A program made the translations under genes and the position numbers. This document shows, in pieces, positions 17,160-26,275 of a stretch of 56,213 nucleotides of DNA; the first letter of the stretch is position 1; each line of letters opens with the position of its first letter. Under the pieces are notes generated by a model. That model was given only the letters and a program-made list of their open reading frames with translations, was not told where the DNA came from and did no database searches. Source of the stretch: Patescibacteria group bacterium (lineage in GTDB: Bacteria; Patescibacteriota; Patescibacteriia; Veblenbacterales; UBA10138); contig JBDRTU010000048.1 in assembly GCA_043823825.1 (NCBI GenBank), positions 1-56,213 on the forward strand, read 5' to 3'.

Positions 17160-18245
17160 TCAGCTTACACTAATAAACTTATGTTGGCCTGCTTCTTTAA
17201 TTACTCCTTCTAGTTCTAATAAGGTTAATTTAGCGGTAATATCGCCAGCTGGTAATTGCAGACTGCGTGCTATCTCATCGCTGTGCAATGGTTCGTTTTT
17301 AAGCAAAGCGACAATTTGTGCCTCGACGCCGAAAAGTGGTCGTGAGGCAGATGCTTGTTCTTGGGGTTTAAGATTAAAACTATAAAGTATATCTTCTGCT
17401 TTAACCACGGGCGTCGCCCCTAGTTTGATTAATTCGTTAGTGCCTATTGACAGCTCACCTAAAATACTGCCGGGTACGGCAAAAACATCTCGATTATATT
17501 CTAGTGCTTGCTTAGCAGTGATTAAAGCCCCCGATGTGGTAGCAGCTTCAATCACCAGAGTAGCGCGGGCCAGGCCAGCGATTATTCTGTTGCGAATAGG
17601 GAAGTGTTGTTTTAAGGGAGGAGTGCCAGGCGCGAATTCAGATAATAATAAGCCGCCAGCCTCCAAAATTTTTTGCGCCAGATGACGGTTAGCTGACGGG
17701 TAGATTTGATCCAAGCCTGAAGCCAGCACTGCTACTGTTTTACCCCCACTCATAACAGTAGCTTGATGGCAGGCTGCATCAATACCATAAGCTAAGCCAG
17801 AAATTATCGTTAGTCCTGCCTGAGCCAAAGTAGGGATTAGTTTAGCAACTACTTGCTGGCCGTAGCTTGTCATTCGCCTTGCTCCAACCGTGGCTAAGCA
17901 GGGAAAATTTAAACATTGCCAGTTGCCACGCCAGTAAAGTACGGGAGGCGGATCGGCAATTTCTTTTAACAACTTAGGATAGTCTTGACTAGCAGCCGTA
18001 GTAATGTTCAATTTCAGATTTTGTATTTCTTGGTAGGTTTGGTTCACATCAGTTTGCTGTCGGTGCAATATTATCTCGTTCACTAATTTATCATCAAAAC
18101 CGATTTGCCTAAGTTGTTGCCCTGAGCTTTCCCACGCTTCTTGTAACGAGGCAAAAGCGCGTCGTAGCTGAGCAAAACGCGTTGGCCCTATTTTTGGCGA
18201 GCGGTTCCAAGCCAGCCAGTAGGGTAAGTCGTGGTCTAAAAACAT
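17160..18245 (-). CDS. dprA: DNA processing protein DprA/Smf
   Basis: GLAYGIDAACHQA Rossmann-like core with a C-terminal winged-helix region. The ATG at 18245 is preferred over the TTG at 18257. Confidence 0.88.
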   Translation of the reverse strand: MFLDHDLPYWLAWNRSPKIGPTRFAQLRRAFASLQEAWESSGQQLRQIGFDDKLVNEIILHRQQTDVNQTYQEIQNLKLNITTAASQDYPKLLKEIADPPPVLYWRGNWQCLNFPCLATVGARRMTSYGQQVVAKLIPTLAQAGLTIISGLAYGIDAACHQATVMSGGKTVAVLASGLDQIYPSANRHLAQKILEAGGLLLSEFAPGTPPLKQHFPIRNRIIAGLARATLVIEAATTSGALITAKQALEYNRDVFAVPGSILGELSIGTNELIKLGATPVVKAEDILYSFNLKPQEQASASRPLFGVEAQIVALLKNEPLHSDEIARSLQLPAGDITAKLTLLELEGVIKEAGQHKFISVS

Positions 18246-18268
18246 CGAGCTTAACAAAAAATAATTAA

Positions 18269-18325
18269 CCTGTTACTATAAGAATAACCTGTTACTATAA
18301 GAATAACCTGTTACTATAAGAATAA
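18269..18325. repeat. three perfect tandem copies of a 19-bp unit CCTGTTACTATAAGAATAA
   Basis: Copies start at 18269, 18288 and 18307. The repeats sit in the divergent intergenic region between dprA and ORF 18364. Confidence 0.9.
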
Positions 18326-18363
18326 ACAAACTAATCACTTTTCACAAACTAAAAAGGACATTT

Positions 18364-18609
18364 ATGCCAAGAGAAATACAGCCACCGTCAGAATTTTTTG
18401 ATCAATTAAAAAAAGAAAAAGCAGAAAAAAAAGCTAGGAAGGAAGAAGCTGCTCGCGCTACTTTTGAGATGAATCAGCAACTAGGTATTGAGGCAGCGCC
18501 AAAAGAAATAAAAAAACGCTATCCTTTATTAGAAAAGTTGGAGCAAGATGCTAGGAAGCGAAAAAATAACTTAGAGCTTTTTAATGAGCAACCAGGAGCT
18601 TCCAAATAG
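18364..18609 (+). CDS. hypothetical small Lys/Glu-rich protein
   Basis: 81 aa, highly charged. No family recognised. Confidence 0.5.
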   Translation: MPREIQPPSEFFDQLKKEKAEKKARKEEAARATFEMNQQLGIEAAPKEIKKRYPLLEKLEQDARKRKNNLELFNEQPGASK

Positions 18610-18616
18610 CTCCTGT

Positions 18617-21600
18617 TTATTTACCCAATAGTTCCAGACTTTTAGTAAGCCAAGGGATCCAAGAGTTGTCGTTCACCGGATAATCAGCTCTTAAGACGTC
18701 GGTAGAAAATTTCCAGACCGGATCAGCTGTTAATAGCTGCGCCAACGACTCCGCAGTAGTTTGTTGCATAAAAGTAATTTCAAAATAGCCAATCCCTCCT
18801 TCTTGGTGGCAGCTTACTTCAGTTAAACGAGCACTTTCGGCTAATAATTTAAGTTCTAATAAAGTTAGTAAATTATTAAAGAGTTGATCAACTTGGCTGC
18901 TACCCAGCTCCCGTCCTAGCAGTACTTCGGGAAAAGTTTTGAGTTCATCGCGGCGACGGATGTTAGCTAGTTTGTGGTAAAGTTTGATACGCGAATTTTC
19001 ATCTGGTATTAATTTAGAGTCAATGCGACCTTCCAGTGGTAGCCGCAAGGTGACCTCTGGTACGGGAGGCAAAGTTTCACCTGTTTTTAATTCTTCAATC
19101 GCCTGGGCAATCAAACGGCCATAAAGCTGCAAACCTACCGCCGCGATTTGACCATGCTGTTCTGTGCCCAAAATTGAGCCAGCCCCTCGGAGCTCCATAT
19201 CTTTCAAAGCCACTTGTAAACCAGAGCCAAGTTCTTTTGCTTCAGCCAAGACGGCTAAGCGTTTTTGTGCCAAAGGCGTACTGTTTTTTTGATTAAAGAA
19301 AAAGTAAGCATAAGCTTGGCGATCATTACGACCAACGCGGCCACGCAATTGATAAAGATCAGATAAACCAAAATTTTCCGCATCTTCCACAATTAAGGTA
19401 TTAACGTTAGGCAAGTCCAAACCATTTTCAATAATGGTGGTGGCTAGCAGTACGTCTATTTTTTGGGTATCAAAGTTGTGCATAATCTGCGCTAGTTCTT
19501 TTTCTGGTAAACGACCATGTGCTACACCGATCTTTACTTGAGGGAGCAGTTTTTGCAATTTAACTAGTACGGCAGGAATTTTGGCAATGCGATTCACTAG
19601 ATAGTATACTTGTCCTTTACGCTTCAATTCCTGAGTTATTGATTGCTTGATTAATTTAGTGTTTTGAGGAGTAAATTCAGTGTGAATTGGCTTACGGCCC
19701 CATGGCGGTGTAGTGATTAAACTTAAATCTCTTAATTCAGAAAGCGTGATATGCAAAGTGCGCGGTATGGGGGTGGCTGAGAGCGATAAAACATGTAGCG
19801 AGGGTTTTAGTTTTTTTAAAATATCTTTTTGCTTAACACCAAAACGCTGTTCCTCATCAACTATTAGCAAACCCAGCTGCGGGATAGAGATATCTTTAGA
19901 TAATAATCGATGAGTACCAATGATAATATTTACTTCACCTGCCGCTATTTGCTTAACTATTTTTTTAGTTGTAGATGCTTCTTGGATACGGCTTAGCAGT
20001 TCAACTTTTATAGGCCAGTGCTTAAAACGCTTGCTAAAAGTATCGTAATGCTGTTGCGCCAGAATGGTGGTTGGAGCTAATAGGGCTACTTGTTTTTGGT
20101 TGAGCACTGTCCGAAAACTGGCCCTGACTGCTAATTCGGTTTTACCAAAACCAACATCGCCACAAATTAATCGATCCATTGGCGTTTCCCTTTCTAAATC
20201 AGCTGAAATTTCAGACCAGGCTTTTAATTGATCCGAAGTCAAGGGCCAGGGGAAGCTGGCTGCTAATTCTTGCTCGTCAGCATAGTGTTGCCAGGGTTTA
20301 AGTTTAGCAATAGTACGTTTGGCGTAGAGTTCTAATAATTCTTTAGCTACCTGGCCTGCTTCTTCCCTTACTTTTTTCGTAACTTGAGACCAACTAGCGC
20401 CATGCAAGCGGTGTAATTTAGGGTGCGGTTGACCAATGTAACGCGAGAGACGATCAGCGTTTTCTACTGGCACATAGAGCTTGTCATTATCAGCATATTC
20501 AATCACAAAGTAATCGTGTTTAGTTCCATTAACGCCTTCGCTAGCTAAATTAAGGAAGCGGCCAATACCATGATCAATATGTACCAGATAATCACCACGC
20601 TTTAAGTGGTCAAGCGGCAAGTAAACATATGTTGAGCCATAGGTTTTTTGTTGCCAGGCTAAATTACGGTCGCAGAGCCAAGTGCGCTTACCCAATTGAT
20701 CACGAAAACCAGATAACAATGGTCCAATCTCGGAATCAACCGGTATGATAGTAGCTTTGTTATCTTCAGCTAAAAGGCGCTTGGTTTTGATTGGCTCTTG
20801 AGTGAGGATGTATACTTGGTAGCCGGCTCGTTCTTCTTGTTTGATAAAAGCCTTAATATCTTCCCAGCGGCCACCAAATAATGGAGTAGATTCTAACCAG
20901 ACTAGGCCGCGGCTAAATGGAGTAGCGATTAATTGCTTAGTTTTACTTTGATTAGATTTAAACCCGACGGTGGGGCAGAATAGCAAATTATTAGTAGTAA
21001 GATAATCGGAAATGGTAATATTTGTTGATGGCCTTAAAATAAGAGGAGCAATAATGACAGACTGCTTTGACTGCTGCAGGGTAGTTACTACCGACCGCTC
21101 TAGAATCTTATTAATAATGTTACCTGTGAATTCAATGATAATTAATTGCTCGGGCGAAATCGCAATTTCTATTAAGCCACCTCGTTTAAGATACCAACCA
21201 CCCACTGCTGGCAAAGGCCCTGGTTGGTAACCCAGTTTATCTAATAATTTTAACAAGACAGTGGGAGTGAGCCGTTCTTTGACTTTTAGTTTTAAAGTAG
21301 CAGCTTCTAATTTTTTTGGTTCTGGCAGCGGAAGGGTTAAATGTTCACTAGAGCCAATTAACCACCCGCGCGGCGAAGGCTTAGATAAAAATTTAAAAAA
21401 GTCTTCGGGGAAGATATAAAACTGCCCGTCGATATGGAATAATTGTTGCCAAAATTTTATCAATTTCAACACCTGATCCTTTTCTTTGTGGTCATTAAGG
21501 AACCACCAAGCGCCTTGAGAGAATTGGTCAGTGGAAGTGTGAACAGCTAAGTAAGAAAGCGCTGATAAGTTAAAAGGCAATTTTAAACTAAGCTCTTTAA

Positions 21601-21670
21601 CAACAGAACTAAAGCGCTCCTTCAATGCTTTTTGAAGCTCTTCGGCTAATTTGACATTAAGATTTTGCAC
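18617..21670 (-). CDS. mfd: transcription-repair coupling factor
   Basis: 1017 aa. CarD-like GDYLVHIDHGIGRF and SF2 helicase motifs GDVGFGKTE and DEEQRFG. GTG start. Confidence 0.92.
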   Translation of the reverse strand: MQNLNVKLAEELQKALKERFSSVVKELSLKLPFNLSALSYLAVHTSTDQFSQGAWWFLNDHKEKDQVLKLIKFWQQLFHIDGQFYIFPEDFFKFLSKPSPRGWLIGSSEHLTLPLPEPKKLEAATLKLKVKERLTPTVLLKLLDKLGYQPGPLPAVGGWYLKRGGLIEIAISPEQLIIIEFTGNIINKILERSVVTTLQQSKQSVIIAPLILRPSTNITISDYLTTNNLLFCPTVGFKSNQSKTKQLIATPFSRGLVWLESTPLFGGRWEDIKAFIKQEERAGYQVYILTQEPIKTKRLLAEDNKATIIPVDSEIGPLLSGFRDQLGKRTWLCDRNLAWQQKTYGSTYVYLPLDHLKRGDYLVHIDHGIGRFLNLASEGVNGTKHDYFVIEYADNDKLYVPVENADRLSRYIGQPHPKLHRLHGASWSQVTKKVREEAGQVAKELLELYAKRTIAKLKPWQHYADEQELAASFPWPLTSDQLKAWSEISADLERETPMDRLICGDVGFGKTELAVRASFRTVLNQKQVALLAPTTILAQQHYDTFSKRFKHWPIKVELLSRIQEASTTKKIVKQIAAGEVNIIIGTHRLLSKDISIPQLGLLIVDEEQRFGVKQKDILKKLKPSLHVLSLSATPIPRTLHITLSELRDLSLITTPPWGRKPIHTEFTPQNTKLIKQSITQELKRKGQVYYLVNRIAKIPAVLVKLQKLLPQVKIGVAHGRLPEKELAQIMHNFDTQKIDVLLATTIIENGLDLPNVNTLIVEDAENFGLSDLYQLRGRVGRNDRQAYAYFFFNQKNSTPLAQKRLAVLAEAKELGSGLQVALKDMELRGAGSILGTEQHGQIAAVGLQLYGRLIAQAIEELKTGETLPPVPEVTLRLPLEGRIDSKLIPDENSRIKLYHKLANIRRRDELKTFPEVLLGRELGSSQVDQLFNNLLTLLELKLLAESARLTEVSCHQEGGIGYFEITFMQQTTAESLAQLLTADPVWKFSTDVLRADYPVNDNSWIPWLTKSLELLGK

Positions 21671-21744
21671 AGGTAACTTATAGTCTTGACTGGTAGAATG
21701 TTTTTTGATAAGGTGTTTTTACCTTATAAAAAGATGAACATTGC

Positions 21745-21904
21745 CCATTAGCTTCTACTTACTAGCGGTTATAATATCGCGACCCCTCCTTAGCGAGAAA
21801 TGGCCTGCAAAGATAAGGTTAGCTGGTTTTCCAGGTAATCTTAACGCTAGTAAGTAGAAGCTAGTAGGTGATCCCTTAAACTGCAGGGCTTTAAGGGTTT
21901 TTTT
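21745..21904 (+). ncRNA. candidate stand-alone sRNA with long closing stem, C-rich anti-SD loop and intrinsic terminator
   Basis: Perfect 19-bp stem 21749-21767/21845-21863, extended by a U-G pair only on the + strand. Internal hairpin UCGC-GACCCCUCCUUA-GCGA. Terminator 21873-21897 followed by seven T. Possible promoters are an extended -10 TGgTAGAAT (21691-21699) or TTGACT-17-TAAGGT (21686-21714). The element is antisense in orientation to the flanking pth and mfd genes. Confidence 0.5.
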
Positions 21905-21907
21905 GTT

Positions 21908-22480
21908 TTAGTCATTGTGTTTATGTAAGGCCAGCCTGGGCCCTTCGGCTAAAGCTAATTTTAAACGAGTTACCGCTTTAGAGAGCAACATTGGTAACTG
22001 CCCTTGTTCCTCGGGAGTGAAAGGTTGCAGCACATATTTATCAGCAGGTATTAAAGCTGGTGGCCGGCCTAAACCCAAACGAAAGCGCCAGAAGTCAGTA
22101 GTACCTAGCGTTTCAATAATACTGTCTACCCCTCGGTGACCAGCAGAAGAAGATTGCCAAGATAACCTGACGGCGGCAAAGGGTAAATCAAGATCATCGT
22201 GTACTATCCACAGATCATTATGGTCGATTTTATAAAACTTAACTAATTGGCCTACGGCTTTATCTGATTCATTCATATAAGTTAAAGGCAGTGACAAACG
22301 TACAGTTTGGCCATCAATAACTAATTGGGTAACTTTGGCTTTCTGGCGAAAGGTTTGCCACTCTACAGTATCTGACTGGCCGCTAGAGCGCGCCAATAAC
22401 TTAACAACCATAGCACCTAAGTTATGGCGAGTATTGGAGTATTGCGGCTCCGGATTTCCTAGACCGACAATCAATTTCAT
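21908..22480 (-). CDS. pth: peptidyl-tRNA hydrolase
   Basis: 190 aa. LIVGLGNPEPQYSNTRHNLG. Confidence 0.92.
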   Translation of the reverse strand: MKLIVGLGNPEPQYSNTRHNLGAMVVKLLARSSGQSDTVEWQTFRQKAKVTQLVIDGQTVRLSLPLTYMNESDKAVGQLVKFYKIDHNDLWIVHDDLDLPFAAVRLSWQSSSAGHRGVDSIIETLGTTDFWRFRLGLGRPPALIPADKYVLQPFTPEEQGQLPMLLSKAVTRLKLALAEGPRLALHKHND

Positions 22481-22492
22481 ACTCTATTAATA

Positions 22493-23785
22493 TTATACCG
22501 CAGTTTTAGTGTGGATGACTACTTTTACTGGTAGAGCGTCCAGGCGCGGTACTTGAGCTCTTACAGTTTTAATTAACCAATTAGGGATAGCGGCAGGTAC
22601 TGCTTGGCGGCTAACCAACACTAGTTGGAAGCGTGGGGGCCGGCTTCCAAGCTGATTGAATTTCAAAAAACGAAACTTTTTATTAGCTTTAAAGAAACTT
22701 TGGCACTGGGATGAAATTTTTTCTTCTTCGGCTGCCGAGAGGATGGTTTGCCAATCGCTAAAGAGTTGCTGGGCTAAAGGCAAAATTGGTTTCAGGCCAG
22801 AGGGAGTAAGTGCCGACACGAGTTTTAAAGGGGCCCAGCTTAGCATTGGTAGCCATCGTCCTCTTAAAGCCTGCCATTCTTTAAGCGCGATAGTTTTAAC
22901 CAGATCTATTTTATTTATAAGCACTATAGTTGGTTTATAAGTGGCGGCAACCAATTCACCGAGCCGTTGATCTTGCCAACTAAAGGGCAGAGAACCATCC
23001 AGTATCAACAAAATGATTTCTGCTTGGTGTAAATTAGTTAATACTTGTTTAATGCTCTTGGCTTCTAGTGAGGCAGCAGCCTGGGACCGACGCCTGATAC
23101 CAGCTGTATCAACCAAACACCAACTAAGTTGGCCCTGAGTGAACCAACCATACTGGCTGTCGCGGGTGGTATGGGGAGTAGCGTCAACTAAAGATCGTTC
23201 TTCGCCCATCAAAGCATTAACCAGTGAAGATTTACCAACATTGGGTTTACCAATCACTACTAATTTGCGAGCCACTAATAAAACCGCATTACTAGTTAAA
23301 CGATTAACAATTAGATCTAATAAATCGCCAGTTCCGCTACCATTTTTACTGGAAACTAATTGTGGTGTAAAACCCAATAGTATTTTACCTGATAGTTGAC
23401 GGCGAAGATTTAAGTTATCAACTTTATTAATCACCATTATTACTTTGTCGCGCTCTGATTTCAACAGTTCCAGCAGTGACCGATCTTCGCCAGTTAAACC
23501 GGTTTGCCCATCAATTAACCAAAGGAGAACGTCCGCTTGAGTAAAAAGTTTTTTATTCCTGGCTAACATCTTTTTTCCCAACGGATCCTTGCTTTTTTTC
23601 TCCAGTCCAGGGCTATCAGCTAGCCAGAAATTTTTTCCTTGCCATGGAATTAAAATTAGATTAGTATCGCGGGTGGTACCAGGTTGGCGATCAGTTAGTG
23701 CCAACTCTTGCGAAGCTAAACGGTTAAAAAGCGTTGATTTGCCTACATTGGTTCTACCAATAATTGCTACTAATGGCTTGTTCAT
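22493..23785 (-). CDS. der: ribosome-associated GTPase Der/EngA (two G domains)
   Basis: 430 aa. GRTNVGKSTLFN and GKPNVGKSSLVN P-loops. Confidence 0.9.
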   Translation of the reverse strand: MNKPLVAIIGRTNVGKSTLFNRLASQELALTDRQPGTTRDTNLILIPWQGKNFWLADSPGLEKKSKDPLGKKMLARNKKLFTQADVLLWLIDGQTGLTGEDRSLLELLKSERDKVIMVINKVDNLNLRRQLSGKILLGFTPQLVSSKNGSGTGDLLDLIVNRLTSNAVLLVARKLVVIGKPNVGKSSLVNALMGEERSLVDATPHTTRDSQYGWFTQGQLSWCLVDTAGIRRRSQAAASLEAKSIKQVLTNLHQAEIILLILDGSLPFSWQDQRLGELVAATYKPTIVLINKIDLVKTIALKEWQALRGRWLPMLSWAPLKLVSALTPSGLKPILPLAQQLFSDWQTILSAAEEEKISSQCQSFFKANKKFRFLKFNQLGSRPPRFQLVLVSRQAVPAAIPNWLIKTVRAQVPRLDALPVKVVIHTKTAV

Positions 23786-23789
23786 AAAA

Positions 23790-25136
23790 TTAAGGTAAAA
23801 CTTTAACTTTATCTTGCCCTAAAATAATTAAAAAATCTTCCTGTTGGCGCTGCTCTTCACTATTTTCTGTTTGAGAAAGCTCTAAAAGTTCAAGAATCGC
23901 TTGAGCGCTGGCTGGTTTTGTCTTATTAGTAAAATCATAAACCAAAGTGTTTTGGTAATCTTTGCTTTCAGCATTACCATAACTTATTACTTGTAAGCCG
24001 TGTTCAGTTAGTAAGGCTGCTATTTGCTGAGCTAAGCCGGGCATACTAGTGCCGTTTTCAATAATAATAGTTGCCCGTTCACTACGCGCCGTAGCATAAG
24101 CTAATAAATCACTGGCGAAGAGTTGTAGTTCGCGATAATCACCACCGCGCGGCACTAAGAAATAAGCGCCATCTTCTCCGCGAGCTTCACGCAAAAGATT
24201 ACTGGTTTCAATGTCGAGTACCTGATGAACGACTTGATTCGTATTAACCTCTTTAAAAATGTTAGATAATTTGATTACTTCCCAAGGTTCCAAATTAGTT
24301 TCAATATTTTCTTGGAAGGTGTTATAGAGTTTAACTAAAAGTCTGGGATTAAGAAAGGTAGACAATTTAAGCAATTTTTCTTTTAGAGCAATTAAAACTT
24401 GTTGTTGGCGGCGTGAACGCGCAAAATCAGTACCCTGCCAATTGCTGCCATGTCGTGAGCGTACATATTCTAACACCCTTTCCCCCGACATTAATTGTTC
24501 ACCTTCCTCAAAACTAATAGTGCGAGTTAAACTCTCGGTAGTTGGATATTGCGGGTCGGTGAAAGCGCGTTCCACCTTGATTTTTAGCCCGCCCAGCTGA
24601 TTAATTAGTCCTATAAAACCATTAAAGTCAATGCGTACATAATAATGGATGGGGAGGGCTAGAGTATTAGCTATTACCGTACTGGCTAACAAGGCTCCGC
24701 TGCCAGGTTCTTTAGCTTCACCATAAGCATTAGCGCTATTAATTTTCCTAATGCCATTGCCAGGTATGGTGACTGCCAAGTCACGGGGAATCGACAATAA
24801 TCCTAGGTCGGCTGTTTGCGGATTAAGACTAGCTACAATAATTGTATCAGTTAAGTATGGTCCTTCGTGAGCCACACCACCCATACCTAATAACACCATA
24901 TTGATACGACCATCAACTTCGCCGCGTAATTGTTTATCAGGGCTACCAGTCAAACGTTTAATATTTTCCCAAACACTGTGTTGCTGCCAATCGGCAAAAG
25001 TGGCTTGTACTTGAGGCTGACGTGACCACCAGGTCAATAACAGCAATACCACAATCAAGAGGAGGTACAAAAAAAATTTCCCCCGGTTGGTTGCTTGTGG
25101 AGTAGGAGGAACGGTCGTTTCAGGGAGTAGGGCCAT
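23790..25136 (-). CDS. LytR-CpsA-Psr (LCP) family cell-envelope phosphotransferase
   Basis: 448 aa. N-terminal TM helix. Motifs NMVLLGMGG, TDTIIVASLNP and LLSIPRDL. Confidence 0.85.
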   Translation of the reverse strand: MALLPETTVPPTPQATNRGKFFLYLLLIVVLLLLTWWSRQPQVQATFADWQQHSVWENIKRLTGSPDKQLRGEVDGRINMVLLGMGGVAHEGPYLTDTIIVASLNPQTADLGLLSIPRDLAVTIPGNGIRKINSANAYGEAKEPGSGALLASTVIANTLALPIHYYVRIDFNGFIGLINQLGGLKIKVERAFTDPQYPTTESLTRTISFEEGEQLMSGERVLEYVRSRHGSNWQGTDFARSRRQQQVLIALKEKLLKLSTFLNPRLLVKLYNTFQENIETNLEPWEVIKLSNIFKEVNTNQVVHQVLDIETSNLLREARGEDGAYFLVPRGGDYRELQLFASDLLAYATARSERATIIIENGTSMPGLAQQIAALLTEHGLQVISYGNAESKDYQNTLVYDFTNKTKPASAQAILELLELSQTENSEEQRQQEDFLIILGQDKVKVLP

Positions 25137-25257
25137 AGCGTATCTTTACAGATAGGTAGTTAGATGGTAACATTGGCTTTACTTAACTGTCAATTCTTTT
25201 TAAACAAGGGATCTTTTAAGTATTAATCGTGACTAGAAAAAGAGGTCTTAATTTTAA

Positions 25258-25504
25258 GGATGATTAGCTCAGCTGGTTAGAGCGCTGCATTTTCACCCCG
25301 CACCTTCAGATTGAAACTAAGCTAATTAATAGATTTTTGTCTCCGGATGCGTAGCTCAGTTGGTTAGAGCGTTCCGTTCACATCGGAGAGGTCAGAGGTT
25401 CGAGTCCTCTCGCATCCACCATAATTAAAAGAATTGAGCAGGTAATGAAGGTGCGGGGCAGGTTGCAGAGGTCGTCCCGATTTGTATCGGGGCATCATCC
25501 ACCA
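25258..25504 (+). tRNA. interrupted tRNA-like gene (colinear anticodon UUC) split in the anticodon loop by 167 nt that contain tRNA-Val
   Basis: 5' part 25258-25295: GGAUGAU-UA-GCUC-AGCUGGUUA-GAGC-G-CUGCA-UUUUCA. 3' part 25463-25504: U-UGCAG-AGGUC-GUCCCGA-UUUGUA-UCGGGGC-AUCAUCC-A-CCA. The acceptor (7/7) and anticodon (5/5) stems are perfectly complementary. The hairpin in the T-arm position is non-canonical (7-bp stem, 6-nt loop, no UUCRA). Confidence 0.45.
25345..25421 (+). tRNA. tRNA-Val(CAC), CCA encoded
   Basis: Hand-folded canonical cloverleaf: GGAUGCG/CGCAUCC acceptor, D arm GCUC-AGUUGGUUA-GAGC, anticodon arm UUCCG-UUCACAU-CGGAG, variable loop AGGUC, T arm AGAGG-UUCGAGU-CCUCU, then ACCA. 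Confidence 0.93.
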
Positions 25505-25648
25505 CTTAAAGCTATCCGCTGGTTGGCGGATCGCCACGTGGAAAGCCGATTAATCTTAATAAGCTAGTTTCACTTAAATCAAAATTTAGTATACAATTAT
25601 TTAGTATAAAGGAACAGAGTTTAGTCGTTTAGTATATCAAGAAACTTT

Positions 25649-26275
25649 ATGTGGAAGAGAAACACTTCACCAGATTTCAGTGGTCAATATAATGAGCCTG
25701 GCGGTATCAAGGCGGCTTTTTTATTTATCTGGGAATTGGTAAAGGTAATTATTATTTCTTTGGCTATTATTTTACCGATTCGTTATTTTTTAGTGCAGCC
25801 TTTTTATGTCAAGGGCGCTTCAATGGAACCAAATTTTCTAGATCATGATTATTTATTGATTGATGAAATATCATACCGTTTGCGTGAACCCGAGCGAGGA
25901 GAAGTAGTGGTTTTTCGTTATCCACGTGATCGATCACAATTTTTTATTAAACGCATTATTGGTCTACCTAATGAACAGCTGGTACTCAAAGACAGTAAAA
26001 TATTTATTGATCAGGGCGATAATAACTTAGTGGAATTACCAGAGCCGTATTTATCTCAGGAATTAATTACTACTGGCGATATTGATGTCTCATTAGGTTT
26101 CAACGAATATTATTTATTAGGTGATAACCGTACTTCCAGTTTGGATTCCCGCAGTTTTGGGACGATCGAACGGAGCGATATGATCGGACGCGCTTGGGTA
26201 CGTGGTTGGCCTTTTGATCGTTGGGCCTGGTTTTCCGTTCCTGATTCTACTAATAATTTTATTGACCTTAATTAA
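25649..26275 (+). CDS. lepB: signal peptidase I
   Basis: 208 aa. TM anchor. S26 motifs GASMEPN, IKRIIGLP and GDNRTSSLDSR. Confidence 0.9.
   Translation: MWKRNTSPDFSGQYNEPGGIKAAFLFIWELVKVIIISLAIILPIRYFLVQPFYVKGASMEPNFLDHDYLLIDEISYRLREPERGEVVVFRYPRDRSQFFIKRIIGLPNEQLVLKDSKIFIDQGDNNLVELPEPYLSQELITTGDIDVSLGFNEYYLLGDNRTSSLDSRSFGTIERSDMIGRAWVRGWPFDRWAWFSVPDSTNNFIDLN

Noticed and set aside
18269-18325. Mini CRISPR array
   Set aside because: The three 19-bp units are directly abutting with no spacers, the unit is shorter than any CRISPR repeat, and there are no cas genes in the window.
25296-25462. Group I self-splicing intron or archaeal bulge-helix-bulge intron in the split tRNA-like gene
   Set aside because: 167 nt, about half of it a perfect tRNA-Val cloverleaf, leaves no room for a P3-P9 group I core. 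The junction forms a 6x5-nt internal loop next to a 12-bp helix, not a 3-nt bulge / 4-bp helix / 3-nt bulge. Pairing nucleotides 32-35 (UUUU) with the intron 3' end gives only U-A, U-G and a mismatch.
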